DNA of 64,000 nucleotides, from positions 528,900 to 592,899 of the forward strand of contig RHPI01000003.1 in the NCBI GenBank assembly GCA_009103225.1, written 5' to 3'. Made by a program: the position numbers and the translations under genes. The DNA is from Chlorokybus atmophyticus. Lineage: Eukaryota > Plantae > Mesostigma and Chlorokybus algae. This document shows, in pieces, positions 24,083 to 35,066 of this stretch. The notes under the pieces are model-generated. The model was not told the DNA's origin, searched no databases, and was given only the letters and a program-made list of their open reading frames with translations. Every line of letters starts with the position of its first letter. Positions within the stretch are counted from its first letter, which is position 1.

Positions 24083-27000
24083 AGATGAGCTTCGTCCTCG
24101 GAGCTCGCGAGGTTGTTGTCGAGCAAGATAGTCACCCACAACGTCTTGAGCATTAGTCAAGTGTGCCTCTGGCTCCCAGGATGCTTCATGCAACGGATAG
24201 CCCTTCCATTTCACTAAGAACTTGCGTACGCCATGCACAAACTTCTCACCAAGGATGTCTTCTATCTGCCACTCTTGTTCACCATCCGTGCCAACTTCGG
24301 GGGGCCTTTCTGGCGGTTGTCCTCGATATGCTTTCAGAAGGGAGACGTGAAAAACGGGGTGCACACGCATGGTGTCGGGTAGCTCCAGCTTGTACGCCAC
24401 GTCCGAGCTAACCTTGCCGACCTTAAATGGTCCCAACCACGTGCATTCAGCTTGCAAACTCCCGTACGCACCGGTACGTGCTTCGCGGAGAGTAACACAA
24501 TGTCGCCTTTTTGAAATGTGAGGTGTCGGCGATGCGCGTCCGCGTACTGCTTCTGCCTATTTTGTGCCACCAATAGCGCCTCCCTAGCTGCCTTGATCTC
24601 CGCGCACTTTGTGAGGAAGTTATTAGCTGCCTCCACATGCACGTCATGTCGTCGCCCCAAAAAATAACGCCATTGTCATAGCGCCATTACTTGCGCCAAA
24701 AGTTCCTTCTCGTGCACGGGGTAATTCAGCTCCGCACCACTCATCTTCTTGCTGAAAAATGCTACTGGTTGAAGGCTGTTGCCATGGTCTTGCTGCAAAA
24801 CAGCTCCTACGGCTGTGTTCGACGCATCGCAAGCCAAAAAAAATGACTTTTCCATGTCCGGGTGAGCCAGGACTGGTGCCTCCGTCAGCGCCTTCTTCAA
24901 CGCAGCAAATGCATGTTCCTCTGTTGCAAACCAGCTCCAAGGCTTTCCCTTCTTGAGTAGGGCAGTCAAGGGAGCAGCTATGCGCGAAAACGCCATGATA
25001 AACTTGCGATAATACCCCGCAAGGCCTAAAAAAGACATCACCTCCTTTACGTTAATCGGGGAAGCCCACTCGCGCACCACCTGCACTTTGTTGGGGTGCC
25101 TTCATGCGACTCGATGTGGCCTAGGTACTCCACCTCTCGAAGCAAAAGTTTGCACTTTTGTAGCTGGGCGTACAACTTGTGTTCGCGCAAATGCTGCAAC
25201 ACGCGCCGTAGAAGTGCCACGTGCTCCTCCTTTGTCTTCGCATACACTAAAAGGTCGTCGAGGTACACGAGGACTCCCTTACCAATTATCAATTAAGTCA
25301 GGGAAACGCTGTTCATTAGCGTTGAAATGTTGCGGCGCGTACGTAAGTCCGAAAGACATAACCAACCACTCGTAGTGCTCATAACGTGTGTTAAAAGCTG
25401 TTTTCTCCACATCCTCGGGCGCGATGCGGATTTGGTGATAACCTCCAGCAAGATCAAGTGTTGTGAAGTACTGCGCACCTTGCAATTGCTCCAGCAACTC
25501 GTCGATACCTGGGAGTGGAAAGCAAGTCCTCTTCGTGATGTTGTTGAGAGCTCGGTAGTCGACGCACATGCGCAAGCTCCCATTCTTCTTTCGTACAAAC
25601 AAAATAGGTGCACCATAAGGGGACTTACTAGGCCTGATGTAGCCTCTTTTCAGCAAGTCCGCCACCTGCCTCTCGGCCTTTTCCAGCTCCAAAGGTGACA
25701 ACTTGTATACGGGTCAATACGGTGGCTTGTGCACGCCCTCAATCAGCTCCACACGGTGATCTACGCTCCGTGGAGGTGGTAGACCAGATGGAAGTTCGTC
25801 CACCATGATATCTTATCTTGGTATTTATTAACAAGTTTACACACCTCGGGGTCCATCGTAGCCGTCTTAACATCGTTTCTCAGCTCCAGTGCTGACTTTG
25901 CAGTGTTTTTGCGCACCACGCACAACCATGCAGCCTTTGCCTTCCGTGGATACAATAACTTCCTCAATTGCACATAAGAGGTCAATTGTTGTACCACCTG
26001 ATTGTGCGTGCCGCGCCTCAATGACGTCCGAAGCAGCTTGAATGGACTCTCCACCATTTCGTTCGATGGTGACCACGCGCTTCCTCCAATTGATGGATGG
26101 ATTATGTTGCCATAGCCACGGTAGTCTCAAAATCCCGTCAAACCCGTTCCGTAGGGTGATGCAGCAAAATCGCATGTCTTCCTTCATCTTCCCCATGCGA
26201 ACGCACAACTCTTTGGTAATGAACGCAGCGCCATTACCTCCAGAGGGTGGCTCTCCATCAGCGAGCTTCACTTCACCTTCGCTTAATGACGAAAGCCAAC
26301 CGTAACGCCGCGCAATATCAATGCTCATAAAGTCGCTGTTGGCACCGCTATCAATCACGAGCTTACACTCTCTCCATCGTCCTTGGTCATCGCAAATGTG
26401 TGCTCGAAGCCCGAAGTACTTTGTTGTCTCCTCTTCTGCATAACTCACCACCGTTGGCGCGTTCATAACCATCTCCTCTTGCTTCTTTGATGGAAATGTC
26501 ACAGCATCCGTCCGTGCATGAGGCTCGTTCCTATCCCCAGCGATAGCCTCCTCACCTACTGGGGAAATCGTTTTCCTGCTCCACGCCTTTTTGCTCCATG
26601 GTGTTGACGCGACGATCACGGCGAGGGTTGCCGTCCAGTGTTGGCCTTTGCGTGCGTCATTTGGGGCATCCGTACGCAAAATGCTCATTCGACCCACACG
26701 CATAACACTTGCACACACCTTTACCTCTTTCACCACATCCGCCGTGATTCGCCTCACTTCCATGCGTGTATGGCACCCACCTCCATTGATGCAGGCCCAG
26801 AGTCAGCTCCACCTCCATTGGCAAGCGCTAAACTTGGTTCTCCTCGTCTCCATGCATGTTAAAAGCCTCCCCGGGGCTGATCACCATCCCTTTGCCTCCA
26901 GTCAGTGTTTCTTGTGGTGGACTTGAAGTACAACGCGTCGAGACGCTCCGCAATGCGTATAGCCTCTGCGAGTGTCTTCGGGTCCCGTAGCTCCACTTGT

Positions 27001-27664
27001 TTACGCCCCAAAGGTTTCAAACCACATGTATACCTGTCCAGCTGCTCCTCCTCGGTCATATTGGGTATGGACATCACCAATCGCTGAAACGCAGCCGTGT
27101 ACGCCATCACCGACCCCATTTGCACAAAGGCCGCAAGTTTGTTGCGTGCGGCCTTCACGCTCTCAACGGGAACAAATTGAAGCCTGACCTCCATTGCCAA
27201 CTCTTCCATGGTGGTCAATGGTAGCGCCACCCATTTGCGACACGCGTACATCGATGCCTCCACCACACAAGTGCTGCACCTTTGAGCAATGTCGCTGCAA
27301 CCTCCACATGTAAGTATCCGGGTACCTCCGTGAGCTTTAACCATGATGACACTTGGAAAAGCCACTCGTCCACAACATCTTCATCACGTTGACCCTTGAA
27401 TGGCTTTGGCTTTGGCACCTTCACATGCACGCGCGAGCTTGACGCCGTGGAAACTTGTGCATGCGTCATGGCACGCTCGTACGCCTCGCGTTGTGCTTGT
27501 GCCGCCGCTTGCATGTGATGAAGCTCTGCTCGCAGTGCCAAGACTGCATTTTGAAGCTCCTCAACACGGACATCCTCCATCTTTACCTCCTTTCCTTCAC
27601 AGTTAGAGTGTAAACGCAGCTTCGTCCCTTAAAACGCTACCACACTCGCACCTCTGCAACCATA

Positions 27665-27676
27665 GCTCCGATATCA
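27665..27676 (-). other. Primer-binding site, initiator tRNA-Met type (two mismatches)
   Basis: Minus strand TGATATCGGAGC lies 2 nt after the 5' LTR. The canonical iMet PBS is TGGTATCAGAGC. Confidence 0.75.
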
Positions 27677-27678
27677 AT

Positions 27679-28344
27679 TGTGACATTGCTCGTGCCTTGT
27701 CACCTGTGAGTTTGTCCAATCAAGAACCCTCTCACCAAGACACGGTATCCACACCGAAACCTTGCCCCCTCTGCCAAGCACACACGCGCGCCCGCCACTC
27801 GCGTACGCACGCGTATGCGCTCGAAGTTACACATCAACTTGTGTAGCGCCTTGGATCGTCACACAAGCAAGCACACACCAGTGGACACACGCTAGCAACC
27901 CCTGCGAACCACCACCAAGCTTGCACACAAGAGACTAGGGAGAAAGGTTGTATTGCAAATTGTAGAATGTCACTTTTATACCTACCAGTCTGCACATGCA
28001 ACTGTCTAGACGATTCTAGCGCTAGACGGAACTAGAAGCCAAGATATTCTTGCAGAATCTTGTAGTACACTTCTAGACCTTTCCGACGCACTAAAGATCT
28101 CCTCATTTGCTGCTCATATGGTCAAGTTATACTACTTGGCGCCTGGCCCTTCCAGCAACCTGGTCGAGCCCTTCTCGACTGGCCCTCCGTTTTCTGGCGT
28201 CTTCCAGACCGGCCCTGGGCCGGTCGATATCTGCGGCAGACTCATAACTCGCCGATGTCCGCCACAAGTCATGAAAAACATGATACCTCACAAATAAGGT
28301 CTAAATGGCCATGAAAATCACGAAATTTGGCCTTGATTGTTACA
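27679..28344 (-). repeat. 5' LTR
   Basis: Plus strand tgtgac...tgttaca. Direct repeat of 23404-24069. Confidence 0.92.
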
Positions 28345-29111
28345 AAACATGTCCGCCAACTTGAAATCTAGGGTGTGTATTTGCTTTGCCTAATTACTCT
28401 AGTGTTGCGAAATCTTTATGAATAAAGTAATTTGATTGTGCATCTTACGAGATATGTATTAAACATTTAACGGTCTACCTTATGCATTACAACTTTCACC
28501 CGTTAGACTATGCGTTGGAACGCATATTTTACTTTTGCCCACTATGACGCATAGCTACGCGGGGTTTTAACGAAAAAAAATACCAACTTTGGGGCCGGTA
28601 CAAAATATAAAAGTTTCACGGCACTCAGGTAGGTATTGATAATAAGCCGTTTTCAAGCTGCGTATAACTTGCACTCCCACCTGTAATCATTACAAATGCA
28701 CGCACGAGTAGAAGCATTGCGTTAATGCTTTACTTCACAAAGCAACACTCGTGGTAGCACTGCACGGTCATGTGCAGCCTAGAGGTCATCATATCGTGAA
28801 AAGTTAAATCTTTGTCGAAGGCCCCCCGTAAGTACTTCCTCGAAGATATAATTTTTATTTTCTCCTCTGTTTAAACGCAACATTACCCAGTTAGCAAGTC
28901 TGTAGATAGAATACTTGTGAGTATTTAATATAAATAAGACCTTCTTATTTGTAACTTAATTAAAAAATAAACAGATATATAACTCATGTAACTTATCACA
29001 GATTAATATATATTTTATGATTTTATGATAAGTCATGTTATGAATAAGAGCAAGTTTTGTGACTGATAAGCTTGCAAGTGTTCGCAATGTTTAATCATAC
29101 TATGTGACATA

Positions 29112-29365
29112 CATCGGTTACATTTGAGTAAATTAGAAGTTGACAAAACATGGAAAGACAGATGATACAATGCATGATTATATGATTAATACGTCAATAC
29201 AATTAAGGATTGTATGACAATCTTCTCATACATGATCACCTTACAAGTGTTTAACACATTTTATCAAACTGTTTGAAATACATCAGATGCATTTGAGTGA
29301 AGTAAATTGAAGTTTAATGAACATAAATAGACAGATGATACAATTCATGATTATATCGTCAATTA
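29112..29365. repeat. Diverged direct repeat (~75-nt unit, ~170-180 nt apart) in an AT-rich block
   Basis: agacagatgatacaatgcatgattatat (~29157) versus agacagatgatacaattcatgattatat (~29328), each preceded by a catttgagt...aaatt..aagtt segment. Confidence 0.6.
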
Positions 29366-29803
29366 CGAAGAAAATTCTTTAATAGATGTTACAATATACT
29401 CAACAAATTGATGACATAATCATGACATTTATATATACGTCGTATTCATGTCACACTGTAATGCAGCATGACTCTGCGCTATGTCACTGCTAATAATAAA
29501 TGTACCAGTCCTTTTGCCACACGTTATTGACCATGCGCTGTAGCGTTGTGGTATCAAGCACATTGCTTTAAATCCATGGGCATTGATGCAATCATCTCAG
29601 TAGTTACATGTTGCAGATGTTCACTATGCGATATACGCTCAAATGGTAACGTTGGCGATGTTGACACAGCAAATATTGTAATAGTAAAAATATATGCGTT
29701 ATGCATATGATATGGTATATAATAATGGAGGTCGATTTGTTTGATTAATCAGTGATGAGCAATGATTCTTCGCTATTTGTTGAACAAATACAAGCCATCC
29801 TTA

Positions 29804-29870
29804 AGTGTCGTGGCGCACTAGCTAGGGCACCGTCTTTCGACAGGGGAGACCCGGGTTTAAATCCCATTTA
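29804..29870 (+). ncRNA. tRNA-derived (Glu-like) head, probably a SINE or tRNA pseudogene
   Basis: A-box-like TGGCGCACTAG, TTC-containing anticodon-like segment, and T-arm GACCCGGGTTTAAATCCC (B-box GGTTCGAATCC with CG changed to TA). No good acceptor stem. Confidence 0.55.
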
Positions 29871-29895
29871 CGTCCCCGCGGAATGAGGTGCAGAA

Positions 29896-29948
29896 ATGGT
29901 TGGCCCTTCCCCGCCGCTGCATTGCAACGGCGGGGAAGGGCCAACCAT
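29896..29948. repeat. Perfect 21-bp inverted repeat with 11-nt loop
   Basis: atggttggcccttccccgccg-ctgcattgcaa-cggcggggaagggccaaccat. Confidence 0.95.
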
Positions 29949-30372
29949 ATGGGCTCGTCCATTAGATTTGAGCGGCTAGCGGGAGTTACACAGCTTTCTG
30001 GGAAGCTTTTCAAGATGCATTGCAAAGGCAATTGTCAGGTTGCAGAAAGTGCGAGAGCTAATAAAAATACCGAAAACCAAGTACCAGCCGTAAAGCCATA
30101 TGATGTGTAATTTCATGGGTTGTGAGCATTGCAAAATCAATACCCGATACTTGTCGTGTTGCAAGTGTGCATCATCCTCATTCCCCTTCCCCTCAATCGA
30201 TGCTGTATCACCACATATAAATTGTATAATTCTTTACAAAAGTCCCAAGTACAGGTTTCTCTTTGCAGCGCAATGGACTATGCAGTTATAATATTGCAGT
30301 TTACAAGTTGTACCAATCAAATGAGTTCGACGAAAGAAAAGAGCGAGGGGGTGGGGGGGGGGGGGGGGGGGG

Positions 30373-30430
30373 NNNNNNNNNNNNNNNNNNNNNNNNNNNN
30401 NNNNNNNNNNNNNNNNNNNNNNNNNNNNNN
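30373..30430. other. Assembly gap flanked by poly-G
   Basis: N run between G homopolymers. Confidence 1.
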
Positions 30431-32653
30431 GGGGGGGTGTAATTGCGCGGATAGAAATCATTATGTATGGCAAATACATCGATGAATCAGCCTGGCAAGC
30501 ACAAAATCATTTTCAGAGTAAACTTAAGACCGACAACCTCTAATGAAACGCTTATCTTATCAATGCTTGTCCTATCACAAAGAGATGTTGTAAACACACT
30601 CCTACTCTGCGTACACACATGCTTGAAAGCCACCACTTCAGCCGAGCCAACAAAGCCACTTTGCGCACTGCAAATCAATTATAGTCACTGGCATCACATG
30701 ATAGTCACTGGCATCACATGATTACCCGCTGATTGCGTTCCAAACTGGGCCTACTTCCAACCCTACAGGACCCTACGAAGCCCTACAGTAGCCACCCTTG
30801 ACGAATTTCCAGCCTCGGCTCCATTGCCATCCATAAAACGCATCGGCACTTGTATTACAACTGATAGTACCACCACGCCATATAAATCGGACCTCAAGAC
30901 TGCGCCGGCAATGCCAACCGGCGCCGCCGCTTCGGGCACGAGCAGCTGCTCGGTCCGTATATAAGAAAAGCGAGATACGGATCCGGATCCTCTGGTGCTG
31001 ACCGCAAGCGGACACCAGGGTGCAGCGGTCAATATTGAGCAGACAGTTTTACTTAAAATGCATTGCACTGTTGGCAGCACACAATAGCTGGTAGAAGGGT
31101 CGAGCGCGACCGGCATCTGCGACCGGTGGTACTGGTACCCTGCGACGACAGCTGCATTGTATCGACCTGCCACGCTGGCCAGTCTAACGTGGGCGCGGCA
31201 GGTGGTAGACTTTTTGTGCCGCAAAAGTCGCTTGCCTCGCGATTTGTGGCCCACGGACGCTAACCGACAAGCGCAGTTTTGCAGCACCAGACGCCGTCTG
31301 GTGGACGGTCGATTCCCGGTTATGAAACATGAAATACAGTTTGTCGTCCTGTTGTACGATACAGGCTGACTCATACTGCTAGGGGGTGCTGCGTCTGGTT
31401 AGAAGCCAGCGCAACGCTTCTAACCCTGGGTTCTCTTCAACCTGTGCACCGTTTGTGCCGCGGCGGCAAAGTCTCTCGTCACAGGCAAGTCGCTTTATTG
31501 GTACGGATTTGCTACTGTTAGAGGTTTGCCTTACGACTTCTCCAATGATGAGTACCGTGAAACCGCGAAACCGCTTTACAGCTGGACCGAAAGCCACACG
31601 TCAGTTTTTGCGGGGTTCCGGGGTGTTTTGCCAGCGGAAGTTGCCGTCCAATATGCGAAAGGTTTTGCGAGTCTACAAAATCCCCGTTTCATTGTGGGGT
31701 TTTGTTGTGGGGTGTGTTAGTTTGCATGCATGCACCAATGGCATAAACGTAGCTGTGCATGCCCTTGGCGGAGGCGGCGGAGGCGGCGGTGGTGACATAG
31801 GTGTCTGCTGTGACGTGAGCTCAGTGTTTGTTATTCTGTCACATCAAACCCAGCCAACATCAAGAGTGTAGTGTAACCCGCGGCTTTCGGCATTCAATTT
31901 GTCGCTATCAGTGTAGGCTATCAGTGTGGCTCACACTGTGAGGGGTTGCTGCGTGTCAGCTGCCAGCTGGGAGCAAGCCGGTGGAACAAACATTGGCAAA
32001 CTGCTTGCTGAGAAAGAACAGACGTGACTGCTGTGGAGCGGAAGCAGACTGAAGAGCCGAATCTTGACAACAATTTATCTCATTCTGCCGCTTTTTTGGC
32101 ATTGGGAACTTCGCCAACTCGGCTGTTGTCCATCTTGCTGACACTGCTACTGTGCGTCACTTCCGTATGCATGGGGCGCTGCAAGCTGTCTCTTGCCGTT
32201 TCCTTCGTGCATGGTTGCAGAGCGGTAGTAATCAGCAGTGCGGCGAAGCTTACCAAGTTGCCGTTGCATGATAGCACTGGCAGCTGGCGAGTTTGAAAGC
32301 GGCACAGCTGTAGCAAGGGAATAATATAAGTATACACAAGTAGTCGTACTAGCAATACTGAGTGGATTAGCAGTTGTGTAAAGTGCAAGTCGGCCGCAGC
32401 ATTGATAACAACGCCTTTGACCACCCCCTCCTCTGGGATCCAGAACAGCAGCGGCAGCATCGATAACAACGCCTTCAACCACAAGTCAGCGCAGGTAACT
32501 TTCGCATTGTCTTTGATTGCGTGCTGCCCTATGCAGCTGGTTTCCTGCATGAAGTCCCTGGACGTGAATGGTGTTGATGAACCATGCCCACTGCTTGCAG
32601 CCTGATCCAACTGCTTAAGAGCATTGAGAGCCGCATCCGGCGACGCTTGCCTC

Positions 32654-35066
32654 ATGTGCCCCACGTTCAGCGCACACGCGCAAGCAGGTAGACGTTGGGT
32701 AATGGTAGCACCACTACCATGATGAGCCTAGCTTTCAATGTGGTCACAGTGACAGCATCAACAATGCATGCAATCATCTGTTCCCATACTCCACCTTTGC
32801 TTAAGGCTCAGTGGCAAGCAAGCCGGCCATGGACAGTGCAGTGACGGCTGGAACGCTGCCAGCAGCTACGCCTCCTGTCCCGCCACCTGTGCACTCTGTC
32901 ATCAACATCAATGACCACCTCAACATCAACAACAAGGCCAACAAGGTTGTTGAAGCACCACCCACAGCGGCGCTGGCCACTGACAAGCAGCAACCAGCTG
33001 ACCAGCTGTCATCAGCGCCCGTTGCTCTGCCTTCAACACTCCCGGAAGTGAGCATGAGGGCAGGCGCATGCGTACACTCACTGGTGCCATGTTTTGCACT
33101 GATTCCACTGAAATACTGGGTTCATAGGTGCAACAAAGCAATGGCTTGCACACACTGGCCGCCGGCTTGGATCCCAAGGCAGAAAGTGGCGACAGGTTGG
33201 TGTCATGGGTGCTGGTGCTGGATAGGTCTGACCATAGTACGTTTGTGACGCAGTTTTTTCACAGGTTCAGTAGCGGGAAGCTGGGTAAAGGCGAGGATCC
33301 TGCTCTTGGCTTGTTTGCAATGCTCAAGTAAGTCGCGGATGCGAGCTCTGTGCACTGCTATATGAGATGACAAGTGTAACATCATAACACAATCAAGCTT
33401 GGAGGCAGAACAGGTCTCATAGTGGAATCTGTTGCGCAGACCAGACGTGCTGAAGTCGCTGTCGGTGGAGCAGCTGGAGCAGCAACTCATCAGCCCCGAC
33501 AAGTTTGTGAGCCCCCTCGTCACCACGTACAGGTGCACGCTGCTGCAACTGACTGCGCAGCCTTCGCTATGCCCAATGTGGGACATGGAACCATTGTCTC
33601 TTATTCAAACTTATATGGACGTGCTACCGTGGTTGCTGGCCTGCTCATCCACGCACATGTTGAGGTCATGGCTAACCCCTTGACTGTTGCTGACTGGAGG
33701 CATCTCAGGCCTGTTGTGGATATACCTGCGTATGGATCAAGCTTGTCGTCACCGTCAACAGCTTCAACAAGCACGCCGTCTCCAGGTTACATGGGGCCCT
33801 TCAGTGGGCCCTCATCGCGTGTTGAAAGCGATGGTAAGTGGCATTCATCGCAGGCAACTTGCAAGTTGCTACTACTTTCATGCTCTGAACTCCGGTCAAC
33901 TCCTGCATCAGGTCTGCTAACCAGGCACATGGATGGCAATAAGCATATGGAATACGCATTCAGCGGGCCCATAGGCGGCATGAGCCAAAGCTTCCCAAGC
34001 AATGGAGGCTATGCACTGGCTTCACCTTCTACCCGCGCAGTTGAGGTGAGTGCGGGTGAATGTTGCATGCACTGTGATGCAGTCCTGATGTTGTTGCATT
34101 ATGCATACATACACAGGGTGAAGAAGAAGAGGGTGTGCCAGGAGCCATGCGAAGGGCACAGAGTGCGGGCGACTTGAGGGTAAGAGAGTATCTGATTGAA
34201 TACAACCACATGCCTTAAACTGAAGTGCTTATTGCTGGCTTCAGCGGTCAGCCAGCGGGAGCTTTCCCCAGAGCTACCATCATTTACCACCCGGTGTAAA
34301 CGGTGGTGCGAACAGCAGTGAAGGCAATGGGAAAGTGGGTAAGCTCACACTTGAAGAACGCAACATGAGGATTTCGCGCTACCGGCAAAAGCGCACTGCA
34401 AGAAATTTCCACAAGAAGATCACAGTACGCACACAAACCATAAATCTGAATATGCAAGCTTGCATGTGCACACATCTAGCGCAACATGAATGTCCGATGC
34501 GCATACTTACACAGTGGTCTTGCTGCGTGCCAGTATGTCTGCAGAAAGACTCTTGCTGACAGCCGGCCGCGAGTGCGTGGTCGGTTCGCATGTAATGATG
34601 AAGACAACCTCCCAATGAAGCAGCTGGATGAAGAAGTGAGCTTGCGATTACATGTTCCGGTGTGATCCGGTGTGAGCCCCAATCTTGCACATGACTTACT
34701 GTTGCAGGCAGCTCATTGTGTTTTGCCTCTCCTTGGCAGCAGGCAAAGGATGCCAGCAACCCGCAAATGCTGGCGGATTTCGACATTGGCAGCGACTTTG
34801 ACGAGCTGGACCTTGAGCCACTCTCGCCAAATGCATTCCATGAACTTGGCATGTCAGACATGGAGGTAACGCTGCTAATTCGCATGCACTGGGAATGACA
34901 CTGGGACTGTCAAAAATAGCTGTGTATGCGCATTGCATGCATGAAAATCACACACCCATGTTGGTGCGCATGTGTAGTCGTCACATGTTGCTTTGAACAT
35001 GCAAAGCAATACCATCGTGCGCAGGGATTTGTCGAAGGCACATTTGATCCTGCACCAGAGTCGTGA
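32654..35066 (+). CDS. CCT-motif family protein (no B-box or receiver domain seen); start codon uncertain
   Basis: Spliced CCT domain GKLTLEERNMRISRYRQKRTARNFHKKIT|YVCRKTLADSRPRVRGRFACNDE (34335-34636). Upstream low-complexity exons. Last exon GFVEGTFDPAPES*, TGA at 35064-35066. Confidence 0.85.

Larger units (their letters stand above)
23404..28344 (-). mobile_element. Ty3/gypsy chromovirus-type LTR retrotransposon, degenerate, integrase core deleted
   Basis: Two 666-bp TG...CA LTRs. gag (KVPKPKPFKGQRDEDVVDEWLFQV; FVQMGSVMAYTAAFQRLV), protease (LVIDSGANSDFMS), RT (SPYGAPILFVRKKNGSLRMCVDYRALN; VYLDDLLV), RNase H N-half (CDASNTAVGAVLQQ...NYPVHEKELLA), integrase C-terminus (QNRQKQYAD...GPF...HPVFHVSLLK) and chromodomain (EWQIEDIL...FLVKWKGYPLHEASWEP). 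Confidence 0.95.
15997..28367. mobile_element. Putative composite Plavaka-type DNA transposon (accessory gene + transposase + C5 methyltransferase) with two nested insertions; right end undefined
   Basis: Begins at a 41-nt terminus-like motif just after the gag relic and contains the three genes listed below. Their common membership is inferred from adjacency and shared motifs. No terminal inverted repeat was found. Confidence 0.5.
22687..28367 (-). pseudogene. Prokaryote/phage-type C5 cytosine DNA methyltransferase, frameshifted and split by the LTR element (coding parts 22687-23403 and 28345-28367)
   Basis: Motif I (FKLADMF | [C]GGGVASVGLYHAGF), MDISP..EYPLPFIHRD, motif IV (LIWASPSCQAHS), motif VI (VIENVPGA), LCGTMFGLSTFRHRLFE (motif VIII RxR), and C-terminal AWQTA(M)GVSWMT..ISNAVPPAMAECIGRLML (motif X). 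At least three frameshifts. Confidence 0.85.

Noticed and set aside
22687-28344. MTase as cargo of the gypsy retrotransposon
   Set aside because: The MTase lies outside both LTRs and is interrupted by the element, so it predates the insertion.
29804-29870. Functional tRNA-Glu gene
   Set aside because: The acceptor and anticodon stems do not pair well and the B-box is mutated, so it is kept only as tRNA-derived.
30763-31374. 203-aa minus-strand ORF as a gene
   Set aside because: No recognisable motif or splice pattern. An open frame of this length is plausible by chance in GC-rich DNA.
15997-31720. Terminal inverted repeat or Helitron-type ends for the Plavaka element
   Set aside because: I found no reverse-complement of the 41-nt left motif and no TC...CTRR with hairpin at plausible right ends by eye. 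The right boundary remains undefined.
32080-32664. 194-aa minus-strand ORF
   Set aside because: It overlaps plus-strand exon-like segments of the CCT locus that have proper splice sites, so it is treated as an antisense shadow.
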